From NCBI GenBank assembly GCA_035221665.1, contig CM069131.1, positions 87,172,001 to 87,236,000 of the forward strand: a stretch of 64,000 nucleotides of DNA, in the 5' to 3' direction. Position 1 is the stretch's first letter, and each line of letters starts with the position of its first letter. Below, in pieces: positions 1 through 12,139 of the stretch. Both the position numbers and the translations under genes were made by a program. The DNA is from Okamejei kenojei. Its lineage: Eukaryota. The notes under the pieces were generated by a model. The model made no database searches and was not told the origin of the DNA. It worked only from the letters and a program-made list of their open reading frames with translations.

Positions 1-159
1 ATTTAGTATATTGATTATTTATAAATTTTCTATATCATAAACGGTCAGAAAATATTGACCTTGACAGGTAACCTTCAGGCCTACAGACTGAAATTAAAGA
101 TCCTGAGGACAATCTCACTATTCAAAGAAAAAAATCCTTGTTCACACTCTTGTGCATTG

Positions 160-428
160 ATACACTGTCAAATAACACACTGGTAACTAAACCAACCTAC
201 CACCAACTAGAGAGCATTCCTGAGTTACTATCTACCTTATTGGAGACCCTCAGACTGTCTTTGATTGGACTTTTTCTTGCACTAAATGTGATTCCCTTTA
301 TCATATATCTGTACAGTGATTGGCTCAATTGTAATAATGTATTGTCTTTCCACTGACTGATTAGCACGTAACAAAAGCTTTTCACTGTACCTCGGTGCAT
401 GCAACAACAAACTAAGTGAACTAAGTAA
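160..428 (+). mobile_element. 3' tail of Rex1/Babar-type LINE
   Basis: Homologous to tail at 13233-13515 (acaaaagc.tttcactgt...), which continues the RT-bearing fragment at 12140-12640. Confidence 0.55.
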
Positions 429-675
429 GCATGGGAATTGAATTGATCAGCACCTGTTTTTACATTCAGAATGCACAGAAAATGGATTTGGCCAAAACTG
501 TCAGCAATAATTTTAGAATGAAGCTGCCTGTGAGAAGGGATTAGACTAGGCAATTTTACTTTGGAGTCACATGAGTGATTCCGTGAAGAAGACCCACCAG
601 GCCGCATGCGCACCAGTACATCAGCCGCATTGACGCACGGAGGCTGCGAGGAACAGAGTTCCTCCAGCGGTAAGC

Positions 676-797
676 GAGAAGGCAGGTACAGGATACTGAG
701 TTGGATGATCAGCCATAATCATATTGAATGGTGGTGCAGGCTCGAAGTGCCGAATGGCCTACTCCTGCACCTATTTTCTATGCTTCTATGTTTCTAT
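676..797 (+). mobile_element. CR1 LINE 3' end inside DIRS copy 1
   Basis: gatcagccat...gaatggcctactcctgcacc followed by (TTCTATG) tail. Confidence 0.85.
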
Positions 798-864
798 ATC
801 CTACGGATCAATCCTTATGCGTAAAAACACATTTGATGCAATTCATTGCAGCTAAAGAGAGTTT

Positions 865-1780
865 ACATAGAAACATAGAAACATAGAAATTAGGTGCAGG
901 AGCAGGCCATTCGGCCCTTCGAGCCTGCACCGCCATTCAATATGATCATGGCTGATCATCCAACTCAGTATCCTGTACCTGCCTTCTCTCCATACCCCCT
1001 GATCCCTTCAGCCACAAGGGCCACATCCAACTCCCTCTTAAATATGGCCAACGAACTGGCCTCAACTACCTTCTGTGGCAGAGAATTCCACAGATTCACA
1101 ACTCTCTGTGTGAAAAACGATTTTCTCATCTCGGTCCTAAAAGACTTCCCCATTATCCTTCAACTGTGACCCCTTGTCCTGGACTTCCCCAACATCGGGA
1201 ACAATCTTCCTGCATCTAGCCTGTCCAACCCCTTAAGAATTTTGTAAGTCTCTATGAGATCACCCCTCAATCTTCTAAATTCCAAGCCAAGTCTATCCAG
1301 TCTTTCATCATATGGAAGTCGTGCCATCCCAGGAATCAGTCTGGTGAACCTTCTCCGTACTCCCTCTATGGCAAGAATGTCTTTCCTCAGATTAGGAGAC
1401 CAAAACTGTACGCAATATTCCAGGTGTGGCCTCACCAAGACCCTGTACAACTGCAGTAGAACCTCCCTGCTCTTGTACTCAAATCCTTTTGCTATGAATG
1501 CCAACATACCATTTGCTTTCTTCACAGCCTGCTGCACCTGCATGCCTACTTTCAATGACTGGTGTACCATGACACCCAGGTCTCGCTGCATCTCCCCTTT
1601 TCCTAATCGGTCACCATTCAAATAACAGTCTACCTTCCTGTTTTTGCCACCAAAGTGGATAACCTCACATTTATCCACATTATACTGCATCTGCCATGCA
1701 TTTGCCCACTCACCCAGTCTATCCAAGTCATCCTGCAGCCTCCTAGCATCCTCCTCGTAGCTAACACTGCCCCCCCTAAA
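865..1780 (-). mobile_element. CR1 LINE, 5'-truncated
   Basis: (ATAGAAAC)n tail at 865-889; CR1 3'UTR; ORF2 C-terminal protein motifs. Confidence 0.95.
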
Positions 1781-1789
1781 CTGACACAT
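1160..1789 (-). pseudogene. CR1 ORF2 reverse transcriptase C-terminal fragment
   Basis: LQDDLDRLGEWANAWQMQYNVDKC, RDLGV, LVRPHLEYCVQFWSP, RRLRGDLIETYKI; continues out of frame as FFTQRVVNLWNSLP. Confidence 0.92.
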
Positions 1790-2023
1790 AAAAGAGTGTC
1801 AGTTAACACTATTTCGAGATGGCTGAAACAAGTTTTGGTTGATGGGTTTACACCTCATTCCACTAGGGCAGCAGCTTCTTCAGCGGCCAAAGTGAAGGAC
1901 GTGCCCGTCGAGCATATTATGGCGGCCACCGGATGGGCAAATGAGCTGATGTTTCAGAATTTTTATCATGGGCTGATTGTTGATCCAGGGCTGTTTGCTA
2001 ATGCCATTTTAAGTTCTGTTTAA
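1785..2023 (+). pseudogene. DIRS tyrosine recombinase C-terminal fragment
   Basis: TISRWLKQVL...HSTRAAASS...IMAATGW...FQNFY: HxxR, W and catalytic-Tyr region of YR. Confidence 0.88.
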
Positions 2024-2782
2024 GTGCCCTGGTATTAAAGAGTACTGTCGTTTGTTTATGTTATTAAATAAACCCTATTACTACATTGAATGCAATGCTA
2101 CTACTAATGCATTATTTCTCATTCGAGTCAATTAATGCAGTGGAATGCCGAGTTTGTAATCTGCGGCATGAAATCACAAAGCTTTGAACTCTTCACGGAA
2201 TCACTCGAGTGACTCCGAAGTAAAATAGTAAGATTAAACGAGAACTTACCAGTTTGAAGTTTGATCTTGATTTTATGAGGAGTTACATTGGTAATTACCT
2301 GCCCGCCATGCCCAACCCTCTCTCATAAAGGATGATGTGGTAGTTCTCGAGTCACTGATCTTACTATGTACTTCTGTGTTGTTTTTTGTGATTTCATACC
2401 GCTGCTTTGAAGATTGACGTGCATGCGGCCTGGCGGGTCTTCTTCACGTAATCACCAACGTAACTCCTCATAAAATCAAGATCAAACTTCAAACTGGTAA
2501 GTTCTCATTTAATCTTACTATTCTAGGCACCGTTCATGCTACTGTCATGGAGCTATACACCATGCAAACATGTCCTTTGGCCCATATTGTCCTTATTGGC
2601 TTGTCCCATTTCCCCGCATTTGACCCATAGGCCTCAACATTTCATAACCATATATTAATTTCTATAGCTTCATCAAGGCAGCTCATTCCAGGTAGGGACG
2701 ATCCTCTGAGTGAACCTTAATACGTCTGATGTTTCTCCAGTGTAAGATGCATAATTAATTACATCAATATTCTTGCACAAAA

Positions 2783-3012
2783 GGCACAGAGGTAGAGTTG
2801 CTGCCTCACAGTGCTGTCTGTACGGAGTTTGTACGTTCTCCCTGTGACTGCATGGGTGTTCTCCAGTTTCCTCCCACGCACCAAAGATGTGCAGGATTGT
2901 AGGTTAATTGGCTTCAGTAAAAAAAAAATTGTAAATTATCTCTAGTGCTAGTGCACGGGGTGATCGTTGGTTGGCGCAGAATTGGTGGGTTAAAGAGCCT
3001 GTAAAGTTGTGA
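2783..3012 (+). mobile_element. tRNA-derived SINE (HE1/V-SINE-like)
   Basis: ggtagagttgctgcctcacag head; ctgtacggagtttgtacgttctccc core; recurs in window. Confidence 0.75.
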
Positions 3013-3227
3013 CAGGCCACCATGGATTGAGAGGGATTATATTTTGTAGGAAGCACAGTCATGCCAATGACAGAACAGCCTTTTCGCACATGGAATTCAG
3101 AGAGATCTCTCTGATGCACAAAGCACAGACACAGGTTTTCCAAGGGTGCCATCATAGAGACAAGTGAAAAGCAAGAGCTTCAGTGACATTGTTGTACTTT
3201 GACTATACTTTATGGAGATCAAAGCAA

Positions 3228-3700
3228 ATCAGGCAGCATCTGTAGAGGTAATGGACAGACCATCACTCAGGTCAGGACCCTTCTTCAGATTGTTGGAACG
3301 GGGGGTCGGGGGGAGCTGGATAAGAAAGGCAGGATTTGAGCAAAACATGGCAAGATGCATACAGTGAGATAGGGGTGATTGGTAGAGCAAGTGACAAAGG
3401 TTAGAAATGAAAAGGAGACAAAGGGTGTCTGATAAGGAAAGAAGAGGAGGAGCGAAATGGAAGTTACAGAGCAAAAGGCACAAAGGCAGAGGCGACGAAA
3501 GAAGAGTTTGACATGAGGGTGGGCTTGGGACTTGTTGAGGTGTCAGTGTGGGGGTACATAGTAAAGGCTAAGAACAGAACAGCATTGGAGAGGAGGAGGT
3601 TAAGGGAGATGGTGAAAACATGCAGGATCAAAGGAGGGCACAGGGCTCATGGAGTGTTTTATCCCTCGTTAAGCTATTGAGAAAGTCAATGGGTGGCCCA
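3228..3700 (-). mobile_element. Old Penelope pLTR fragment (inverted arm)
   Basis: tcaggcagcatctg...gacccttcttcag then purine-rich tract, as in younger Penelope copies here. Confidence 0.55.
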
Positions 3701-4539
3701 CATGTGTTGGCAGGAAACCATTGCTAAAGGTATTGGTAGAGTGGTGACTGGCCACAATGGATTGGGAGGGATTATGTTGTGGGAAATGAAGCTATCCTAC
3801 ACCATAATGGTTGGATGGAGGGATGAAAACAGCACAGCACAGAGATGGATGTGCAGGGTGGAGAAGGATTGAGGACTCGGGGAAATGACGTGGGTAGTGT
3901 TACAGGAAGGGAAACTGGACCCGGTGGTGTCGGTGTTACGTTGCCTGGAGGTAGGCAGCCGGGGGAATGCGAAGACCCAACAGACTGGACGTTCGCAGCC
4001 CACAGGTGGCCAGAGAAGCAATCGGAACGAGCAGCATCAATGGCCATGGCCTGGAAAGTCGCACAATTTGCTGCTCCCCGCTACACCAGAGAAGTCAACC
4101 AGCCACTGCACTTACACAGAGATGACTTCAGTGATATCCTGGCATCATGGCCTTCATGGAGAGAGTACCCTGCAGCCTGTGGAGTTCTCTCCTCTCCTCT
4201 CTGCTAGGAGATGGGACTGTTCTGGTCTGCTCGAGCTTTCCCTGCCCTCTTGCCCTTACTGTTCATCAATCTGCACCTGATGTCCCCCAGGACCTGCATC
4301 TGTGCCCAGCTCTTCCTCCATCCAGCACAGGCTGTTGGCCTCAGATTACAGTGCAGAGCACAGCACAAAGCCATGGAGACTCCCATGCTCCCAGAACTGC
4401 TGGTATCCCACATAGGCAGGCAGCAGCTCATTGGATCATTGGTCCCGAGGGGCTCTCAATAGAGAGAGTTCCCACTCCTTCAAATTACATGTGGTTGTGG
4501 GTATGCAATAGCCAGAAAGCACATGGGAGCAGCAGATGA

Positions 4540-5395
4540 TGCCTTCATCCTCAGAGAACTACCACCTCCCTGCCTGACATCTCCGCTAACCTTGTCCATT
4601 AAAACCAATGCTCCCTGTGTGACTTCTTCGACATCGGAGAGAACAAATGCAAACTAAGCAACCACTTTGACAAGCACTTGCACTCTGCCTGCCGTGGCCA
4701 TCTGGAGCGCCCAGTCACCAGCCATTTTAATTCCACTCCCCATTCCCACTTTGACCTGTTGTCCTCAGTCTCCTCCCCACCATAACATGGCCAAATGCAA
4801 ACTAGAGGAGCAACACCTCATATTCTGCCCAGCCAATCTATGACCTAATGGCATGACCACTGAATTCTCCAAGTATACATAATCTTGACTCCTCCCCCCA
4901 CCCCTCGATCCCTTTATTGCTCATAATGACTAATCCAGGTCCTCTCCCACACAACCCACTTTTCAACCCCACCCCAGCCCAGCCTCCGATCATTGAGTTA
5001 CCCCTCTCTCACCTACTTTAATTATGCATCACCCACACCCATCCTCCCACTGAATCACCTCCCCTATTCTTCACATCTCCCCACCCTGCTTTCCTTATTT
5101 GGTTCCATGCTTCGTGCATTGTATCATCTACGATCCTTTATTGTGTCCACCTCTCTCATCCTAGCCTTTGTTGCAATTTCTACCCCTCCCTCTACCATCT
5201 GACTGCATCCACTAATCAATTCCTCCTCCACGGGCTCAACCTACCTCGGGCCACACTCACCTTTAACGTCTTTGTGCTGGCAATGTCCCCTCTACTCCTT
5301 CAGTCCAGATACAGGGTCACAGCCTAAATTGCCAACTGTCTATTTCCCTTCGTAGATTCTGCTTGACCCACTGAATTCCTCCAGCAGATTGCTTA
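4540..5395 (+). mobile_element. Old Penelope element: degenerate GIY-YIG and pLTR
   Basis: Decayed YIGE.K.KL..HF..HL, HFNSTPH, KLEEQHLIF motifs at 4630-4875; pyrimidine tract and pLTR end. Confidence 0.7.
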
Positions 5396-6642
5396 ATGCT
5401 CACAAAAGAGCTATTCAGTGAGGCAATTTGACTGTCTATTTTTCTCCTACATGCTTACTTTTAAAGTTATTATAGTTTTGGTTTTATTATTGATTCAGGC
5501 TCTTTCATTGACGTATAAAAATCAAATTATCTTCTAAAATGCATGCACACCCATGGAGCAGTGAAAATTGAAATAACCTGAATCCAGGGAATCTAGAACG
5601 AAACAGAACATTCCTGAAATACACAGCAGTTCAGGGAACATCTCTGGAAAGAGGTACAGGGTTAATATTTCAAGTTTTATACCCTTCACCAGGGTTGAGT
5701 TGACGTGAAATATTAACTCTGTTCTTCTGTCCACAGATGTTGCCTGACCTGTCGAGTTTAACCAGTGAAATTGTCTTGCCCTAATTAGCACGTGCACATC
5801 CTAAATGATTTTGATATCTCTATTATAGCACTTGTTAAAAATAAATCTAATTCTTTGGAAACAAATATACTGCACAGAAGGGGGAGGGGCGGTGGGGTGA
5901 CACCGACAGGGACTACCCTTGTCTAGAATGTTAGTATCGGCAGGTACAAGGTGGGACGAATGCACCCCCATTTGGCTCATTCTGTCCCTGCCAATACTTC
6001 CTATTCCATTTGCTCCCCTCTTGGCTTCTCCCATACCTTTCTATCCCATCCTCTCATGTACCTGGCTGGATTCCTTTTAAAATGCTTTAACCTCTCTGTG
6101 TGCTAGCAATATCATTAACTGAAGTAAATTGCATTTAGTTTATTATAAGTGGACAGATACCTCACTTCATAAACATGGACCTTGAAAAAGTGATATTAGA
6201 ATTTATTTCACTACAGGGAAATTTGGTTTGTGCAAAATCACTGAATAATGTTCTCATAATTTCAATGCTTTCATTGAATTCATCTGTTCTGAAGAACCAA
6301 GATTATTTGAGATGGTCCCAGGAGACGCACGGAAAGAACACACAATCCTATTAGCATGAAAAGTGTAATAAAATTTATTAGCTGTAAAATGAAAATACAA
6401 CCTCATTATATATTTTGATTCACATCAGTAAACTACTCATTAAAAATAGTTTCTCTCATTTAAACCAAGGAAATCTCAATGTCCTGAAATAATGCAAGCT
6501 TTGGTGCCACACTGTGTTCAGTCTACACTGAAATAAAAGCAAAGCACAAAATGCTGGTGGAACTCAGCGTTCAGGGTCAGGACCCTTCTTCAGACTGATT
6601 AGTCCTGGTCCAAAGCATTGCCTGTCCATTCTCCCTACAGAT

Positions 6643-6861
6643 AGACACAAAAAGCTGGAGTAACTCAGGGGGTCAGACAGCATCTCTGGAGAAAAGGAAT
6701 AGGTGATGTTTTGGGTCGAGAACCTTCTGAGTCTGAAGAGGGACCTCGACCCGAAACGTCACCCATCCCTTTTCTCCAGAGATGCCGTCTGACCCCCTGA
6801 TTTACTCCAGCTTTTTGTATCTGTCTTTGGTTTAAACCAGCATCTGCTGTTCCTTCCTACA
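6643..6861. mobile_element. Palindromic mini-Penelope (head-to-head pLTRs) nested in an older Penelope palindrome (~6540-6935)
   Basis: ~90-bp inverted arms; imperfect 16-bp flanking repeat CATTCTCCCTACAGAT 6627-6642 / CATTCTCCTGGCAGAT 6862-6877. Confidence 0.75.
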
Positions 6862-7987
6862 CATTCTCCTGGCAGATCCCGCTGTTCCTCTCAGCAATTT
6901 GTGTTTTGATTAAGATACTGGCAGCTTCAGTGACTACACTGAAATTAACCTTGGAAGAGAAACTGATTAAAAAAGCCTATTGTACATAATCACTTTCAAT
7001 GTTATTCACCACCTGCACTGCAACTTTAAGAGCAACCTGCAGATGTCACATTACAAACATAGTTGAATGTTTTCAACAATAACAAGTGAAGTGAATAGCT
7101 GTACCACTCAGGTGGTATAATATTGTGGCATCTTTACACAAAATACCTGCATTCGTTACAATTTTATTATGCTTTAAATGCTGAAAAAATTGATATATTT
7201 CTCTTTGAGTGCATCTAACTGCTACCTGCAAATTCTTTCAAGTCTGGCTTAATAATGCTTGTAACAAGGTCTCCTCCACCATGTCTGGCACTGTGCCTTT
7301 TAAATTTCAAGCATCACCAATTATAGCAATAGAAAATGTTTGTTGTGAATAAGTTGAAGTGAATAGTGAAGACAGTATTGTGGCAAAATATATATCCGAT
7401 TGCACTTCAATTTGCTGACAGTAAGCACCTCGGTCATCAGCTTGAGAATGTTGTACTTAGAACCTATGGTGACAAGTGTAACTTATTTTGTCCTCCATTA
7501 ACACCATGGAAATGACCATATAATATGTCTCATTAGTAATGACGGTGTGCCCCCAGGAAAGGGGACATGCCCAACACGGAGCCACTGGAAACATGCTAGT
7601 TTTAGGTATGAATTAATTTTATTTGGTATAAAAATAATTTTATTGCATAATTCAAGGCTCTGGGACGATTATTTAAGACTGTATGCTCTGAAGGTCATGC
7701 AAATATGTGATTTAGTTGTAGCATTAAGCCCCTCAACCAACCTAACCCTAATGCTTCTTTGTATTGAATCACTTATGCAACACAAGGGAAAAATACCCAA
7801 TAAGTGACAATAATGTGTTTGATAGCAAGTAAACAGGAGAATCTTTTACTGTCGGAATTAAATTGTAAGTTCTAAAAAACTTTAACACTGAAGAACAAGA
7901 TGTTTATATTGGAAGACTGGTTCGTTACTGCCCCATGAGTCATACCAAGTCCTGGTCATGCTGATAAGAATTAAACAAAGTGCTTAA

Positions 7988-8682
7988 GTCCCACTTACGT
8001 GTCCTTGGCTCGCAAATTTTGCAACCTCGTGGTCGCTTGAGGCGTACGGGCACCGTATGGCCACACGGGGCCGATCCCACTTAGGAGCGCGGAGGGATAT
8101 GGAGTTGTGCGGGGCCCGTCCTGACATCGATCAGGGCACCAAAATTCTTGCAGTGAACAAAATCTTCACGTGCCAATGGACTGTCGCGGAACTGACGGCC
8201 AAAGTGGTACAGGCCCAAGACCCTGGCGCGATACAACGTCTCACCTTCAACAGGAGCAGAAGCAGGCAAACGATCGCCGAACTCGGCCTGGGGCTCACAG
8301 CCGTTACGGTGCAGATCCGCCCCCACTTCTACTCCCAGAGCGGGGCCAAGAAAATTGAAGATAGACACAAAATGCAGGAGTAACTCACCGGGACCGGCAG
8401 CATCCCTGGAGAGAAGCAATGGGTGATGTTTCGGGTCGAGACCCTTCTTTTCAGACTGATGAAGTCTCGACACGAAACGTCACCCATTCCTTCTCTCCAG
8501 AGATGCTGCCGGTCCCGCTGAGTTGCTCCTGCATTTTGTGTCCATCTTCAAATGACTTCACGCGCTCCAGACGGCTGTGCGTACGCATGTAATCGCACTC
8601 GACCTTCGCTTGACCGTCTCGGCTCAACGCGACCACGAGGTTACGTAATTTGCGTGCCAAGGACACGTAAGGGGGACAGGCC
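7988..8682. mobile_element. PIF/Harbinger-type MITE
   Basis: ~55-bp imperfect TIRs gtcccacttacgtgtccttggc.../...gccaaggacacgtaagggggacaggcc. Confidence 0.75.
8355..8551. mobile_element. Palindromic mini-Penelope inside the MITE
   Basis: ~95-bp near-perfect inverted arms meeting at tcagactga; hammerhead-like cores on both strands. Confidence 0.8.
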
Positions 8683-8970
8683 GTTTAGTTTAGTTTATAT
8701 ATACAGCGCAGAAACAGGGCCTTCAGCCAACTGAGTCCACGCCGACCAAGGATCCGCACACACGAACACTATGCTACACACAGTACGGACAATTTACAAT
8801 TTTACCAAGTCAATTAATCTATAAACCTGTACATCTTTGGCATGTGGGGTGAAAGTGGAGTTCCTGGTAACAGGTAACAGGGAGAATGTACAAATTCCAA
8901 ACAGACAGCACCCATAGTCAGGATTGAACCCGGGCTGTAAGGCAGCTACTCTACCACTGCACCACCGTGC
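8683..8970 (-). mobile_element. tRNA-derived SINE
   Basis: (TTTAG)n tail at left; head revcomp ctctaccactgcaccaccgtgc at right. Confidence 0.8.
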
Positions 8971-9229
8971 ATCCACGATCAAAGGATTACAAACGCAAGT
9001 GCTACAAGGATAACATATTCGAAGCGGGATCATGGAAGATATGGAAAGATTGATGGCCGTCTGGTGAGGTTCAAAACCAAAGCACTGTACTTCTTTATGT
9101 TTGGTTGTACGACTCCTTAAAATTTGTAAAAAAAGCGAGAACTCCTCGAGGTGATGTTTAAGGCCTTGTGATTAGTTTTAATGATTTACATTTAATTATT
9201 CCAGTTTGTACAGTATCAAAGTGAAGGGT

Positions 9230-10740
9230 GATTCAGCTAGCTGCCTTGCTGAAGTGATTTGGAATTTTCCTACCTGTTTGAAGATTATCAAAGATGTAGC
9301 TACGAACTAAAATAAATCTTTAATGTTGATGAGATACAGCTTTATTTGGAAAAGTATGCCACAAAGAACACACATTTCCAAAAAGGTGAAGACGGCACCA
9401 GGATTTAAACTTGCCAAGGATTCATTAACTTTAATTGCAAGAATTATTCCAGGAATGAGTGGGTTAGCATACGATGAGCCTGTGACAGCACTGGGCCTCT
9501 ACTCGCTGGTGTTTAGAAGGTTGAGGGGGGACCTAATTGAAACTTACAGAATAATGAAAGGCATAGATTGAGTGGATGTGGAAAGGATGTTTCCACTGGT
9601 GGGAGAGTCTAGGACCGGAGGGCGCTCCTTTAAAGGGCGCTCTTTTAAAAAGGAGGTGAGGAGGAAATTGTTCAGTCAGAGAGTAGTTAATCTGTGGAAC
9701 TTATTGCCACAGATGGCTGTGGAGGATCAGTGGATATTTTTAAGGCAGAGATAGACAAGTTCTTGATTAGAATCGGTGTCAAGGGTTATGGGGAGAAGGT
9801 AGGAAAATGGGATAAGGTGGCAGAGATAAGCCATGATTGAATGGCGGAATGGACACGATGGGTCGAATGGCCTAATTCTACTATAACTTGTGAACTAGTG
9901 GGAAATTTCAAATCTGAGCCCTTCGTGATGCACCTCCCAGAGACACCAATGGTTTAGTGGGGTTGTTCGAAGGATATCTGCATGTGACTTGGAGACATGT
10001 TGATAATTATTAAGTCATAAAACTAGGACAACTTTTAGGAATCTTTTCCCTGATTAGAATTAAATCTCTGAAAACGATTTCACCTATTCCTTTTCTCCCG
10101 AGATGGTGCCTGATCAGCTGTGATACTCCAGCTTTTTATGTCTGTCTTCTCAAACTTTAAATACAGATTACACTTAAGACAATGGCCCAGACCAGCAATG
10201 TTCGAAGCTTGTTATTTATGTTGTTCCTCCTCTCAGCACATCAAAGCAACAGATGGTGGAGATGTCAGGGAATGTTGGAGTGTCAATAGCATCCATATGA
10301 TATTGAAATCATTGGAGATTTGTAGGCTAAATGATGAGCGGTGAAATGCGTGATTCAAATGTGCCAACAGCTTCTAAAAATGTATTGACATTGTCCCCTA
10401 AACCAACTTCTCAACCAAGGAAGTTGTCTTTGAAGAGATGGCAAGGCTGTCATGAGTGAAATAGCTTGAGACCCATGAAGAGGAATTGTCAGGTGGCAAT
10501 TTTGTGCAGATAGATGCACAAAAAGCTGAAGGAGAAATGCATCATCCATCAAATGTCAAAAACAAACAATTGACAGTTCAACTTGTTGAAGAAGGAATAC
10601 CAATCTTGATCATAGATGGTCTTAAGAGATCTAATCCTGAATAGGGTAATACAATGATGACATTTTTACAAGGACCATTAAACACAGAAGAGAAAAAAAA
10701 CTGTCCAATTGTCTTTGGATGTATTTTTTTTAAGAGTGTT
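9230..10740 (+). pseudogene. Tigger/pogo transposase fossil (split by CR1)
   Basis: IFNVDE..LFWKSMPQRTHISKKVKTAPGFKLAKDSLTL (9315-9435), GNFKSEPFVMH after the CR1, VQLSLDVFF near 10705. Confidence 0.7.
9440..9897 (+). mobile_element. CR1 LINE 3' fragment
   Basis: IPGMSGLAYDE...RRLRGDLIETYRI; FSQRVVNLWN; 3'UTR. Confidence 0.9.
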
Positions 10741-10945
10741 GAACAGAGAGAGATGGTGAAACTGGTGGAGTCTACAGTAGAAACTTCTAATGAAGAGGCA
10801 GATAATCCAGCCTTTTCACTCTGTTAACACCATCACTTGCCAATCTCTTAAAAATAAGCTCCACTACCATCATTAGTATTATTTCGTTTGTCATATATAT
10901 TTTTTTAATTAAAAAGTTATTTCCTTTATAAATTCACTTTTCTGT

Positions 10946-11126
10946 TAGAAACATAGAAACATAGAAATTAGGTGCAGGAGTAGGCCATTCGGCCCTTCGA
11001 GCCTGCACCACCATTCAATATGATCATGGCTGATCATCCAACTCAGTATCCTGTACCTGCCTTCTCTCCATACCCTCTGATCCCTTTAGCCACAAGGGCC
11101 ACATCTAACTCCCTCTTAAATATAGC
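10946..11126 (-). mobile_element. CR1 3' end, near-identical to 865-1045
   Basis: (ATAGAAAC)n tail and same 3'UTR. Confidence 0.9.
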
Positions 11127-11722
11127 ATTAGGCTGTTCTTAGGCAGAAGGCAGTGTGGCCTCAACACAAAGTAACCTAGATGGTGTGAGATCATAGCAGA
11201 ATAAATAATCCCATATGGAAGGATCTCAGTAGGACTGTCTGAAAGAGTAAGCCTTTCACCTGTGTATCTGAGGCTTTTGTGCCAAAGTTCCTAGAGATTG
11301 CAATGTTATTTTGAACGCTATTGATCACAATAAACTCAACTTTACTTGTTGATCTTACATTATAAAAAAAAAGGAATAATGGACATCTACTTCTTTAAAT
11401 TTATGTAATAATGGACATGTACCTCTTTGAGAATTGTTAATATTATATTGTTAGTATTGAACTATCTGCTTGAATAGTTGTACATGCAGTAGAAAATGCT
11501 CTCTCTCTCTAATGTTGTTTAATAAAGCATTTTGTTAGCTTAGCTTACCACCTTCATTCCAACGTTTTGGAACAGCAGACTGATCTACCCCATTTCAGCA
11601 GATTCTGGGCATAACTAAAATAGTATTACATTAATTTGTACTTACTTGAAATGCATATTTAATTGCATAACCATTTAAAAATGCTGAAAGCAAGTGTTTA
11701 AAAAACTCACTGTGGTTGAGAA

Positions 11723-11741
11723 CAGTGCCCTCTGTTGGCAA
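11723..11741 (-). promoter_or_regulatory. Candidate CTCF site
   Basis: Minus strand TTGCCAACAGAGGGCACTG closely matches CTCF core consensus. Confidence 0.5.
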
Positions 11742-11834
11742 TCTTAAGTTTCATGCAAACCAACCTCCCCTCCATTGAATTCATTTGCACTTCACGCTGC
11801 CTCGATAAAGTCACCAGCATAATCAATGATGATG

Positions 11835-11932
11835 AAGTCTGAAGAAGGGCCTTGTTCCGAAACATCACCCATTCCTTCTGTAATGAGATGCTGCCTGTCC
11901 TGCTGAGTTACTCCAGCATTTTGTATCTATCT
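11835..11932 (+). mobile_element. Penelope pLTR fragment
   Basis: ctgaagaaggg...cgaaacatc...gagttactccagcatttt. Confidence 0.75.
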
Positions 11933-12139
11933 TAAGTTTTTATTAACTCTATAAGGCCAATAAATGAAGCTTAATATGATGCATTTGGTCAAATATATTT
12001 TAATAATTCAGAGTTTACAACTTGTGTGTATTAATTTAGTTAATTTAGTGTGCAATAACATCATCCGATAATTTAGATTTCTGGTGATTTTTTCCAATTT
12101 ATTTCTGAATCCTAACTTTAGGTTTTAAGTTCCTGGGAG

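Larger units (their letters stand above)
553..2522 (+). mobile_element. DIRS-type tyrosine-recombinase retrotransposon, internally deleted (copy 1)
   Basis: Left end ATTTTACTTTGGAGTCAC (553); ICR 2190-2298 complementary to both termini; right end ...CTTACTATT (2522); YR remnants YPTDQSLCVKTHL (~796-865) and 1785-2023; interrupted by two CR1 pieces. Confidence 0.9.

Noticed and set aside
1655-2023. Phage-integrase-like ORF suggesting bacterial DNA
   Set aside because: Chimera of antisense CR1 and a DIRS YR C-terminus in vertebrate repeat context
546-2529. 7-bp direct repeat CTAGGCA flanking DIRS copy 1, resembling a TSD
   Set aside because: Absent at copy 3; the partial match at copy 2 is explained by a SINE tail; YR integration does not make TSDs. 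Probably chance or a pre-existing repeat.
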